NCBI GenBank assembly: GCA_016882235.1
Contig: VGKU01000001.1
Span: 1 to 47,464, forward strand
DNA length: 47,464 bases
From: Candidatus Parcubacteria bacterium
Lineage (GTDB): Bacteria > Patescibacteriota > Patescibacteriia > UBA9934 > GWF2-40-263
Reading direction: 5' to 3'
The notes under the pieces were generated by a model, which worked only from the letters and a program-made list of their open reading frames with translations, was not told the DNA's origin and searched no databases. Position numbers and translations under genes: made by a program. This document shows, in pieces, positions 25,397 through 33,999 of this stretch. Each line of letters opens with the position of its first letter. Within the stretch, counting starts at the first letter, position 1.

Positions 25397-26100
25397 ACGA
25401 CATTTCCGTGATTATCCCGACCTACCAGCACGCCGCCACGATCGGCGCATGCATCCGTTCGCTCCTCTCGCAAACCGAACAGCCGTCGCAAATCATTGTT
25501 GTGGACGACGGCTCTACAGATTCCACGCGCGAACTTGTCAGGACGTTTGGAGAACAGGTATCGTACGTGTATCAGGCCAATCAAGGAGCGCCGAACGCGC
25601 GCAATGCCGGCGCGGCACTTGCCACGGGCGCGTTTCTGCTGTTTTGCGATGCGGACGTCATCGCCGAGCCAGAGATGCTCAAACGTCTCCGCGAAACGCT
25701 CACAGCGCATCCTGAAGCGTCCTATGCGTATAGTGGATTCCGGTGGGGCACCCGCCGGTTCCGCGCACGGCCGTTTGATCCCGAAGCCCTGCGGAAAAAC
25801 AATTACATTCATTCGGCCTCGCTCATCCGCTCCTCTGACTTTCACGGGTTTGACCCGACGCTGAAGCGATTTCAAGATTGGGACGTGTGGCTCACCATGC
25901 TTGAGCGCGGACAGCACGGTGTGGCGATAGATGCAGACCTTTTTCAGATCCAACACGTACCGGGCAGGCAAGGGATTTCCGCGTGGCTCCCCTCCATCGC
26001 GTATCGCCTCCCGTGGCGACTGATTGGGTGGAAACCAAAAGCCCTTCGAGCGTACGAAGCAGCACGCGAAGTGATTGTGAAAAAACATTCCCTTTCATGA
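25369..26100 (+). CDS. Family 2 glycosyltransferase
   Basis: ISVIIPTYQ, VVDDGSTDST and the DAD motif (FCDADV) are present. An alternative GTG start at 25393 forms a GTGA overlap with the GT4 stop. Confidence 0.8.
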   Translation: MQKISALPVNDISVIIPTYQHAATIGACIRSLLSQTEQPSQIIVVDDGSTDSTRELVRTFGEQVSYVYQANQGAPNARNAGAALATGAFLLFCDADVIAEPEMLKRLRETLTAHPEASYAYSGFRWGTRRFRARPFDPEALRKNNYIHSASLIRSSDFHGFDPTLKRFQDWDVWLTMLERGQHGVAIDADLFQIQHVPGRQGISAWLPSIAYRLPWRLIGWKPKALRAYEAAREVIVKKHSLS

Positions 26101-26942
26101 TTTCCACCATTACCGTCAACTACAAAACGGCGGATTATCTTGAGCGGATGCTGGAGTCACTGTTCGCGCACCATACACGAGGGGAGCTGGATGTGATTGT
26201 CGTGGAAAATGCATCAGGCGACGACCTGTCGCGCGTGGAGGAACGCTTTCCGAGCGTGCGTCTCATTCGGAGTGAAGGCAACCGCGGGTTCGCCGGAGGA
26301 TGCAATTTGGGAATCGCGAATGCATACGGGGATTTCATCGTTCTGCTCAACCCAGACATCGTCTTTACCTCCCCCGCACTTTACGAAATCCGTGAGGCGA
26401 TGGTTCGTGATCCGCGCGTCGGCATCGGCGGCATCTCCCTGAAAAATTTGGATGGATCGCAACAGAAGTGCGTCTGGAGGTTCCCAACGCCGACGGATCA
26501 GTTGTTCTTATTGTTGAAGATTCCTCATCTGTTCCCACGGATGGCTTCCATCGCCCGGTGGCGGATGGATGACTTTGACTACACGCAAAGCGCGGATGTC
26601 AACCAAGTCATGGGTGCATTTTTTTGCATCAAGCGGGAGGTGCTTGAACAGATCGGGGCGCTGGATGAAGGATTTTTTATGTGGTACGAGGAGGTGGATT
26701 TTTGCAAACGCGCAAATACGGCAGGCTGGCGCGTGCGATACGTTGCGCATATTTCCGCGAAACACAAAAAAGGAAGCAGTTTTGACCGCGTGTCAACCTT
26801 GAAGAAACAAGCGTTCTTGCGCCGGAGCATCCGCCACTATCTGCGCAAGCATCATGGGAAGGCTATTGGCACCTTGTTCTGGCTTCTGGAACCGGTGTTT
26901 GTGTTGTGTGCCTTTGTGGCTTCTCTGATCAAGCCGATCTAG
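26097..26942 (+). CDS. Family 2 glycosyltransferase (rhamnosyl/WbbL-like)
   Basis: The ATG at 26097 overlaps the previous stop (ATGA). ISTITVNYKT, VVENASGD, GFAGGCN and LLNPD are present. Confidence 0.8.
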   Translation: MISTITVNYKTADYLERMLESLFAHHTRGELDVIVVENASGDDLSRVEERFPSVRLIRSEGNRGFAGGCNLGIANAYGDFIVLLNPDIVFTSPALYEIREAMVRDPRVGIGGISLKNLDGSQQKCVWRFPTPTDQLFLLLKIPHLFPRMASIARWRMDDFDYTQSADVNQVMGAFFCIKREVLEQIGALDEGFFMWYEEVDFCKRANTAGWRVRYVAHISAKHKKGSSFDRVSTLKKQAFLRRSIRHYLRKHHGKAIGTLFWLLEPVFVLCAFVASLIKPI

Positions 26943-26959
26943 CTGGACGCCAGACAGGT

Positions 26960-28486
26960 ATGCGCGAACAATTTTTTCATCAACACTTTTGGGGAGGACT
27001 CGCCGCGATGTTCGTGGCCTGTCTTGTAGCCATCTTCGCCTATCGGTTTGACGCAGGTCTTTTCCCGCTTGCTTTTGCAGCGGTCTTCACGGCCGTCCTG
27101 GCCGCGCGCGAGCCGTCGCTTGGCCTCGCCGCCGTCTTTGGAGAGCTTTTCTCAAATCCGCACGGCCATCTCTTTTTTTTCGACGATCTCGCCATCCCCG
27201 TTTCTCTGCGCATGGCCGTCTTCATCGGCTTTTTTGTCGGCTGGGCGGTCTTCTTCATTCGCACCGGCACGCTTCCGCACCTTCACGCATGGCGTTTCGC
27301 TCCGCTCATTCCCCTGACGCTTGCGATTCTCATCGGCTTTACGGTCGGCCTTGCGTCCCAGCCGACGCTGGATGCGTTCAAGGACGGCAACGCCTATCTC
27401 TACCTGCTCTATGCCTTCCCGATCCTGACGACCGAATGGACATCCGCGCGCAAACATCAACTCCTGCAACTGTTCGCCGCTGGCGCGGTTTGGAATCTGC
27501 TGCTCACGCTTGTCATCCTGTATGTGTTCACCCATTTTGACGAGGGTATCCTGCGCTCAAGCTATGTGTTCCTGCGCGATATTCGCCTTGCCGAAATTAC
27601 CAACCTCGGCAACGGCACGCATCGTATTTTCATCCAATCGCAATTTTTCACCCTGGCGTTGGGCGCGCTTCTCCTCGCGTTCATGAGTTTTTCTCACAGA
27701 AAAATAGTGCCTGCTTCTGTCGCGCTGGGTTCGGTGATCGCAGTGATTCTCCTCTCGCTTTCGCGCAGTTTCTGGATAGGAATCGCTGCGGCTTTTCTCG
27801 TCCTTCTCATCCTGCTTGCTCGTTCCGGCGTGCGCGCGTGGTTTCCTCTGGCTCTGCGCACATTCCTTGGCGGCGTCTTCGCGATCATCCTTATCCTTGT
27901 CGTCGCCCTGTTTCCCTTGCCTTCACAACGATTGGGCGGGGGAGAACTCGCCGACGCCCTCCGCCGGCGCAGTGAAACGGACGTCGCCGTTTCCAGTCGC
28001 TGGGCGCTCATCCCTCCCATGAAAAACGCCATCGCAGAACATCCCGTTTTTGGCAGTGGATTCGGTCAACGCGTTTCGTTTATCACGGACGACCCACGCG
28101 CGCGCGAACTGCGTCCAGACGGCGTCTGGTCCACCTATGCGATGGAGTGGGGTTGGTTGGAACTCTGGCTAAAAATGGGAATCCTGGGACCTCTGGGTTT
28201 CCTGTTCCTTTTCGTTTCGCTTGTCGTGCAACTCCTGAAACAAAATACCCACCAAGCGTGGGTCGGTATCGGTTTGGTCTCTGGTCTGGTTTTCTTATAC
28301 GCGACGCACGCCTTTTCTCCGTATCTCAATCATCCGATCGGACTGGGATTCTTGCTTTTCACCATGGCTTTTCTTCCCACACCAGCGCACCCAATCCCCC
28401 AAACGGCCGTCCCCACGGGCCTCCCGCTCTTAAAACAAACACGCGCTCCCTCTTCGGCGGTTTCCTTACAAAGCGAAGTAAAATAA
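26960..28486 (+). CDS. O-antigen ligase/polymerase-like polytopic membrane protein
   Basis: About 12 TM segments. The LSLSRSFWIGIAAAF segment and a large periplasmic loop are typical of the Wzy_C/O-antigen ligase family. The first ATG lies after the previous stop. Confidence 0.62.
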   Translation: MREQFFHQHFWGGLAAMFVACLVAIFAYRFDAGLFPLAFAAVFTAVLAAREPSLGLAAVFGELFSNPHGHLFFFDDLAIPVSLRMAVFIGFFVGWAVFFIRTGTLPHLHAWRFAPLIPLTLAILIGFTVGLASQPTLDAFKDGNAYLYLLYAFPILTTEWTSARKHQLLQLFAAGAVWNLLLTLVILYVFTHFDEGILRSSYVFLRDIRLAEITNLGNGTHRIFIQSQFFTLALGALLLAFMSFSHRKIVPASVALGSVIAVILLSLSRSFWIGIAAAFLVLLILLARSGVRAWFPLALRTFLGGVFAIILILVVALFPLPSQRLGGGELADALRRRSETDVAVSSRWALIPPMKNAIAEHPVFGSGFGQRVSFITDDPRARELRPDGVWSTYAMEWGWLELWLKMGILGPLGFLFLFVSLVVQLLKQNTHQAWVGIGLVSGLVFLYATHAFSPYLNHPIGLGFLLFTMAFLPTPAHPIPQTAVPTGLPLLKQTRAPSSAVSLQSEVK

Positions 28487-28504
28487 AAAGCCCCTGGGGG
28501 CTTT
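28487..28504. terminator. Bidirectional terminator between the glycan cluster and fmt
   Basis: AAAGCCCC-TG-GGGGCTTT is flanked by an A-run upstream and a T-run downstream. It lies between convergent genes. Confidence 0.65.
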
Positions 28505-28521
28505 TGTGGGAAATCCTGCCT

Positions 28522-29463
28522 TCAAGCAAGGATGTTTCCGATCGAACGCGCGTATCCAGAGAGGAACGCGCGCGCAGACATGGGCGGTTTCCCTTCGAGT
28601 TGGATGGTGAGGAGTTCCAGTGTACCCGATCCGGTTTGGACGAAGAGGCGGTTTGCGTTTGCAATCAACTGGCCTCTTGCCGCTCCAGACACGCTGGGCG
28701 CCACCGTTGCCTCCAAAATCTTGAGACGGCTCTCGCGCGTCCCTGTGGATACGCTCGTCCACGCGCCTGGCCACGGTTGGTAGGCACGGACAGCGCGCTC
28801 AAGCTCTTCCGCGGGACGATTCCAATCCATGCGTCCGTCTTCACGCGTGAGCAGACGACAGGTCGTTGCGCGCGTGTGCTGTTGTTCACGAAGCGCAACC
28901 ACACCCTGTGCGTATTCCTTGAGTGTGTTGAGCAGGAGGCGCTTCGTCACGGCCAGAACTTTCTGTTCGAACGAAGCGGGTGTCTCATCCGGTGCGAGAC
29001 GAATTTCGACCTGCGCGAGAATGGGGCCGTGATCCATCTTGTCGTCCAGACGCATAATGGTGACGCCGGAAACCTCGTCGCCGGCCGCAATCGCCGCCTG
29101 GATGGGCGAAGGACCGCGCCAACGGGGAAGAAGCGATGGATGGACATTGATGAATCCGAGCGGCGCGATGTCAAGCAGACGCTGTGGAAGAATGCGTCCG
29201 TAGGCGATCACGAGCACGATCTGGGGTTGAAGCGCGTTCACGAGCGTCAGAAACCCCGCGTCCGTGAGTGTTTCCGGCTGGAGCACCATCACCCCGCGCG
29301 CAAGCGCCGTTTGTTTCACCGGAGGTGCTTCCAGCGCGTGGCCACGTCCGACGGGACGATCGGGTTGGGTCACCGCCGCCAAGACACGAAAAAACGGATC
29401 ATCAAGGACGCATTCAAGCAGTGTTGCCGCCCACTTCTGTGTGCCGAAAAAGAGCAGATCCAT
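28522..29463 (-). CDS. fmt: Methionyl-tRNA formyltransferase
   Basis: The internal ATG at 29463 begins MDLLFFGT. The motif HPSLLPRWRGPSPIQ is present. Confidence 0.92.
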   Translation of the reverse strand: MDLLFFGTQKWAATLLECVLDDPFFRVLAAVTQPDRPVGRGHALEAPPVKQTALARGVMVLQPETLTDAGFLTLVNALQPQIVLVIAYGRILPQRLLDIAPLGFINVHPSLLPRWRGPSPIQAAIAAGDEVSGVTIMRLDDKMDHGPILAQVEIRLAPDETPASFEQKVLAVTKRLLLNTLKEYAQGVVALREQQHTRATTCRLLTREDGRMDWNRPAEELERAVRAYQPWPGAWTSVSTGTRESRLKILEATVAPSVSGAARGQLIANANRLFVQTGSGTLELLTIQLEGKPPMSARAFLSGYARSIGNILA

Positions 29464-29467
29464 AGCA

Positions 29468-29938
29468 TTACATCCTTTCGGGCTTTGTGAACCGCACGAC
29501 TTTATCAATAAACAGGATCCCGTCAAGATGATCAATTTCGTGCTGGAAGACGATCGCGGGGAATTGCCGAGCACGGATGGTCACCGGTTTGCCGGATTCA
29601 TCCACGGCTTTCACGGTGACGGCGCGATGTCGGCGCACGATCCCGAACACCTCCGGGACAGACAGGCACCCCTCTTCGCTTTCTATTTTTTGCAGGGATC
29701 GACGCGTGATCACTGGATTGAAAAACGCCTGCGGCCCCGCACCGGTATCCACGATAATGACACGCTTACCGATGCCGACTTGCGGCGCGGCGATCCCGAC
29801 ACCGTTTTCCACCGCCATGGTCTCCTTTAAAACGTCTACCAATTTTTTCATTTCTGGTGAAACGATTTCCGTATCCGAAACCGCCTGCGACGGTTGACGC
29901 AGGTTCGGGTTTGGGCTTGTGAGAACGATCATTGGCAT
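29468..29938 (-). CDS. def: Peptide deformylase
   Basis: GIAAPQVG, EGCLSVP and HEIDHLDG are all present. Confidence 0.93.
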   Translation of the reverse strand: MPMIVLTSPNPNLRQPSQAVSDTEIVSPEMKKLVDVLKETMAVENGVGIAAPQVGIGKRVIIVDTGAGPQAFFNPVITRRSLQKIESEEGCLSVPEVFGIVRRHRAVTVKAVDESGKPVTIRARQFPAIVFQHEIDHLDGILFIDKVVRFTKPERM

Positions 29939-29963
29939 AAATAGCGTTCGTCGAATCTAGAAT

Positions 29964-31778
29964 CTATCCTACAAACGCGTGCATGTCAATGATAAACCGA
30001 TCATCAAGCGTTGCAAACAGAGGGAGCGCTTCTTCAAACGCACGGCCAGCGCAACGGACGATCAGTTGTTCGCCCTCCACCGTCACGCTGATATCCGTCA
30101 GGCGCTCCAGAGCGTCCTTTAAACGGTACATCTCCATTTCTTTTTTGTGCGGTTCAGCCTCGCGCAGTTCAACGGTCAACCATCGTTCATAGGGCGGCTG
30201 GCCGTACGTTTTCCGCCGCGCAAGCTCCTCCCGCAAAAAAACCATCGGTTCGGCCAAATGTCTCGCGAACCATTGCGGTTCCTGCGTTTGGATAGACAGG
30301 GGAGCGCGCATGGCATGGGCCGCGCCTTGCCATTCAGCAAGGGACCAGAGTGCGCAAGCCGAAGCTCGCACATCGGTGGAATACAACGGGGTATCCGGAT
30401 CCAGGTGTACGACGCACCCAAACCGCGCGGGCGCGGATGGGTCAAACGCATTTTCCAGATACCAACGGGTTGCAAGAACGATGCGATTTCCCCGATCCTC
30501 TTGATGTTCAGCGTCTATGAATGCACACGGAGTGTCCGGAAACATCTGCGAAAGCGCATCGGCAATCCGTTCAATTCCAAACCCGCGCTGATCTATCTTT
30601 GTGCCCCGGCAAGAGGGGCAGGTGAGCGCGATCGGAGCTGTCTCACCGCAGAGGATGCATTCGGTCGTGTGCCGGTGGACGCGTACCGGATGACCGCAAG
30701 CTCGACACATAACTTGAGCGGCGCAATCCTTGCACACCAGCCGTCGCGCATATCCTTTCTTGTTATAGACGAGCAGAACGCGCTCTTGGCGCTCAAGCGC
30801 CTGGGCGATGGCCTCAACCGTGCTCGCGCAGAGAATTGCGTGCCCGGACGCCGGCTGTTCCTTGAGTTGATCAATCAGCACCGGATAGCTGCCGGTGGGA
30901 TAGGCCAATACCTGTTCTTCTCCGAACAACAAGAGGTCTTCTGGGCGCGGAAAAACATCCAAAAAATAGAATCCGGTGGTCATGTGGTCCGCGAACAAAC
31001 GCAAGGCCTCACGCGCGTCCAGACGCGGATTGCGGTCGTGCTGGGCATGGTCAGGGTGTCCTGAACGGACGAGAAAAATACTTGCCGTTTGCGCGTCTGC
31101 ATACAGCGCTCCGGCGCGTGTGGTAATCAGAACACCCTGAGGGCGTTGGCGATAGTTCTGCCACAGGGCGTATCGCTCGCGGTTGGATTCATCCCCGGTC
31201 ACGCAGAGCGGGGACAAATTGCCGAGTAACCGAGCTAGCAGGCGAACATCCCGCACATGAGGACAGACCACACAGAGTTTTTTCTCCGGGTTTAAGACAG
31301 CATAGCCGGCAATCACCGCCGCCATGCGTTTGAGATCCGGCGCTTGCGCGAATGCCGTGCGACAGGAGGAGAGTTGTGCAGAAAGACGCGCCACCGTTGC
31401 CGCCTCGCTCTTGGGAATCATGAGCGGTGTGCCAACCGCAGGCGCGGGGACCTGAGTGTTCTCGCGCGAGGGTGGAACCGGAAGGGATGTGTAGAGAAGC
31501 GTTGAAACGGAAACCGCAAGGGATCGGGCAAGCTCTTCAAAAAAAGAGAGCTCCGCCTCGCGCAAGCCCTCCTGCTTTGCTACGTCTGTGATGGAACGCA
31601 CGCGGATCCCGCGGGGCGGGGCGTCCTTCACCCGTCGAACGATCCCCCACACCATTTGCTTGCGCAAGGGCACAGCCACAAACATCCCGCGCGCGGCGTG
31701 CATGTCATCGGGAATGCGGTAATCCAACACACCGATCCCGCGCGGCATCCGTCTGAGCGGATAGATCTCGGCAATCAT
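29964..31778 (-). CDS. priA: PriA-like primosomal protein N' with degenerate helicase ATPase motifs
   Basis: The ATG at 31778 (MIAEIYPLRR) overlaps the upstream stop (ATGA). PriA architecture is retained, including four CxxC pairs (CKDC, CRAC, CILC, CPSC). No GxGKT and no DExH are visible. Confidence 0.78.
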   Translation of the reverse strand: MIAEIYPLRRMPRGIGVLDYRIPDDMHAARGMFVAVPLRKQMVWGIVRRVKDAPPRGIRVRSITDVAKQEGLREAELSFFEELARSLAVSVSTLLYTSLPVPPSRENTQVPAPAVGTPLMIPKSEAATVARLSAQLSSCRTAFAQAPDLKRMAAVIAGYAVLNPEKKLCVVCPHVRDVRLLARLLGNLSPLCVTGDESNRERYALWQNYRQRPQGVLITTRAGALYADAQTASIFLVRSGHPDHAQHDRNPRLDAREALRLFADHMTTGFYFLDVFPRPEDLLLFGEEQVLAYPTGSYPVLIDQLKEQPASGHAILCASTVEAIAQALERQERVLLVYNKKGYARRLVCKDCAAQVMCRACGHPVRVHRHTTECILCGETAPIALTCPSCRGTKIDQRGFGIERIADALSQMFPDTPCAFIDAEHQEDRGNRIVLATRWYLENAFDPSAPARFGCVVHLDPDTPLYSTDVRASACALWSLAEWQGAAHAMRAPLSIQTQEPQWFARHLAEPMVFLREELARRKTYGQPPYERWLTVELREAEPHKKEMEMYRLKDALERLTDISVTVEGEQLIVRCAGRAFEEALPLFATLDDRFIIDMHAFVG

Positions 31779-32560
31779 AGATGGAACTCGGCGACGAGAT
31801 AGCCGACCCCAAAGGGCGCCTCGTAAGAAAGGACCTCTGGACGCGCCTGCATCCGTTCCAAGAGGCCCAGGAGGACAAGCCAAGGGCGCAGGGCACATTG
31901 CTCCGAGCGTTCAACAATCTCTTCTTCCAGGGTCAGCATCGTTGAGGCGGAGAGCTGTTCCACGGACCGCCGCAGGGCCTCATCAAACGCCTGGCCTTCT
32001 TTGCGAAACCCCATGGGGGCATCGGAGGTAAGCGTATGGGAAAGATCTCCCGAGGCGATCACGGCGACTCGCTTGCCGGTTGCGATCGCCACATCTTTGA
32101 GAAGCCGTCCAAAGGCGAGATGCTGTTTACGGTCATGACCAGAATACGAAACGGGAATGATTCGGGGTTGGAGAGCCGTGCACAGGAGAAGGAGCGGGAC
32201 ACCACTGCCGTATTCAAGCGAACGCGAGGATTCCAGGACAAACGGCAACTCCTCGTCGCGCGCGCGACGTTGAACCGCTGTGATCAGTTCCAAATCCGGC
32301 GCGAACTCGGCATAGGTCGTATGGTCACCGAACTCGCGCAGATCCACGCTATATTCGTCGTGCAGATTGATGGAGAACGCACTTGCATGGACCGTGCTGT
32401 GCGCGCTCACCACGATCAAGGTGTCCGGAGCGGACGCTTCCAAATCCGCGGAGAGACGCGCAAACGCCGCGCGGGTATCGGCGAGGTGCTTGAGATTTTC
32501 CTTGCCGATCGTCTCAATAAGCAAGGGAGAATGTGGGGTAAAGGCGGCAAAACAGAGCAT
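31775..32560 (-). CDS. LigB-superfamily (class III extradiol dioxygenase / Memo-like) protein
   Basis: 261 aa. The N-terminus FAAFTPHSPLL, plus VVSAHS and ASGDLSH, resemble the metal-site motifs of the LigB/Memo fold. Family assignment is from memory of these motifs only. Confidence 0.55.
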   Translation of the reverse strand: MLCFAAFTPHSPLLIETIGKENLKHLADTRAAFARLSADLEASAPDTLIVVSAHSTVHASAFSINLHDEYSVDLREFGDHTTYAEFAPDLELITAVQRRARDEELPFVLESSRSLEYGSGVPLLLLCTALQPRIIPVSYSGHDRKQHLAFGRLLKDVAIATGKRVAVIASGDLSHTLTSDAPMGFRKEGQAFDEALRRSVEQLSASTMLTLEEEIVERSEQCALRPWLVLLGLLERMQARPEVLSYEAPFGVGYLVAEFHL

Positions 32561-32585
32561 AAAAGTGAGGTGGAAAAACGAGCGA

Positions 32586-33980
32586 TTACAGAGCGGCTTC
32601 CAGGATTTCCGAGGTGGTCATGATCGGTTCTCCAAGTGGATGTAACAAGACGGCGCGTTCACCGGTCCAGACGACTTGGCTGAACTTCCATCCGAATGCC
32701 GCAAAGGTCGCTTCGTCTTGGATCACGCGACGCGTGCCGTCCGTCACGACAAAAATATCCGGCGATCCAGTGGCACCCATGAGGGTCCCGTCCGCAAAGG
32801 GAAGTGGGGTGCCGGTCGCATACGCGTCAAGGTCCGACGGCGCGACCGGAGTGATGGTCGCAGCGGGAAAACGGGTCAGCAAAATCTCGCGGGACAACAG
32901 CGGGTGCTTCATGCCGTTTTGTACGAAAAAGACCCCGCCGGTTGACCGATTTTGCAAAAGCGTCCCTTGTGGATAGAGCGTCTGGGTCGTGATCGGTTCA
33001 CCTTCGCGATACGCGTCCAAATCTTCCCATGCGACATCGACAATCTCATCCCCATTGAACCCATACGCGCGCAGGGCCTCCTGCGAAACAAACCCGCGAC
33101 GCGTGTCATCCACAATCAGATACACCGTTCCGCGTGGCGACCGCAGGAGCGAATAGTTCGGAAAACGAATCGGCCGGCCCATCGGATAGGTTTCAATCGT
33201 TTGTGCGCTTGCCGTCACGACGCTTGCCGGATTGAAACGGGAAAAAAACGCGATCCGGGATGTGATCGGCCGGCGCAAGCCGTTTTGGATGAGCCAAATG
33301 CCGCCGGTCTCACGGTCCTGTAAGAGGGTACCATCCACATGTCGCCGGTTGAACCAGCGCTGCCAAATGCGAACGAAGTTCTGGTTGCCATGCAGGTGCG
33401 GCGTATACGTATATAAAACGGCTGTGGCGTTATTGGATGGTACGACGCTGACGCCGTCAATCTGTGTGGTGCGTCCGGGGCCAATGCCCGATTCGGTAAA
33501 TCCACGCCGTTCCAAATCGTTCAGGTAGGATTCACGAATGCGCTTGGCTGCGTAATACACCTGGTTGCCAAACCCTTTGAATTTTTGGATGGCTGGGTCC
33601 TGTTTAGAACAATCATCGCACACCGCGTATCCCATCGCCCAGTTCAGTTGATCCTCTGTCGGACGAGGATCCTCCACCAAACTCTGTTCGCGTTGAAGTA
33701 AGACGAGCAAAAACTGTGGATTGATGCCAAACTGTTCAGAAGCATCCCAGACGATGTCCGCCGCGCTTTTGGGTCGTCCGCTGGCGTCTGGTCCCATATA
33801 CCTCGCAAGGGACCCGCGTGAAAGCAACAGGGCAAGGTCGCTTTTGGTGGTGGAATAAACGTCCAGCAGATCCGCGTCCGTTGCGAGTTCGTTCGGATTA
33901 AACGCAAACAACGCCTGCGGCACCGCAAGCGTTGTCAACCAAAGGACAACGAGCCTTTTTTTGAGGGAAACAAAACGCAT
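32586..33980 (-). CDS. Secreted protein: N-terminal conserved domain plus four ~60-aa tandem repeats
   Basis: The internal ATG at 33980 gives the signal peptide MRFVSLKKRLVVLWLTTLAVPQALFA. The repeats are LLQDRETGGIWLIQNGLRRPI, LLRSPRGTVYLIVDDTRRGFV, LLQNRSTGGVFFVQNGMKHPL and LMGATGSPDIFVVTDGTRRVI. Confidence 0.65.
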   Translation of the reverse strand: MRFVSLKKRLVVLWLTTLAVPQALFAFNPNELATDADLLDVYSTTKSDLALLLSRGSLARYMGPDASGRPKSAADIVWDASEQFGINPQFLLVLLQREQSLVEDPRPTEDQLNWAMGYAVCDDCSKQDPAIQKFKGFGNQVYYAAKRIRESYLNDLERRGFTESGIGPGRTTQIDGVSVVPSNNATAVLYTYTPHLHGNQNFVRIWQRWFNRRHVDGTLLQDRETGGIWLIQNGLRRPITSRIAFFSRFNPASVVTASAQTIETYPMGRPIRFPNYSLLRSPRGTVYLIVDDTRRGFVSQEALRAYGFNGDEIVDVAWEDLDAYREGEPITTQTLYPQGTLLQNRSTGGVFFVQNGMKHPLLSREILLTRFPAATITPVAPSDLDAYATGTPLPFADGTLMGATGSPDIFVVTDGTRRVIQDEATFAAFGWKFSQVVWTGERAVLLHPLGEPIMTTSEILEAAL

Positions 33981-33999
33981 GGACGTGGCTTCTCCCGCA

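Noticed and set aside
28147-29490. 447-aa plus-strand ORF spanning the fmt region
   Set aside because: It is antisense to an unmistakable fmt (HPSLLPRWRGPSPIQ) and to part of def. Its composition is Arg/Gly-rich and low-complexity, with no motifs. This is the typical shadow ORF of GC-rich coding DNA.
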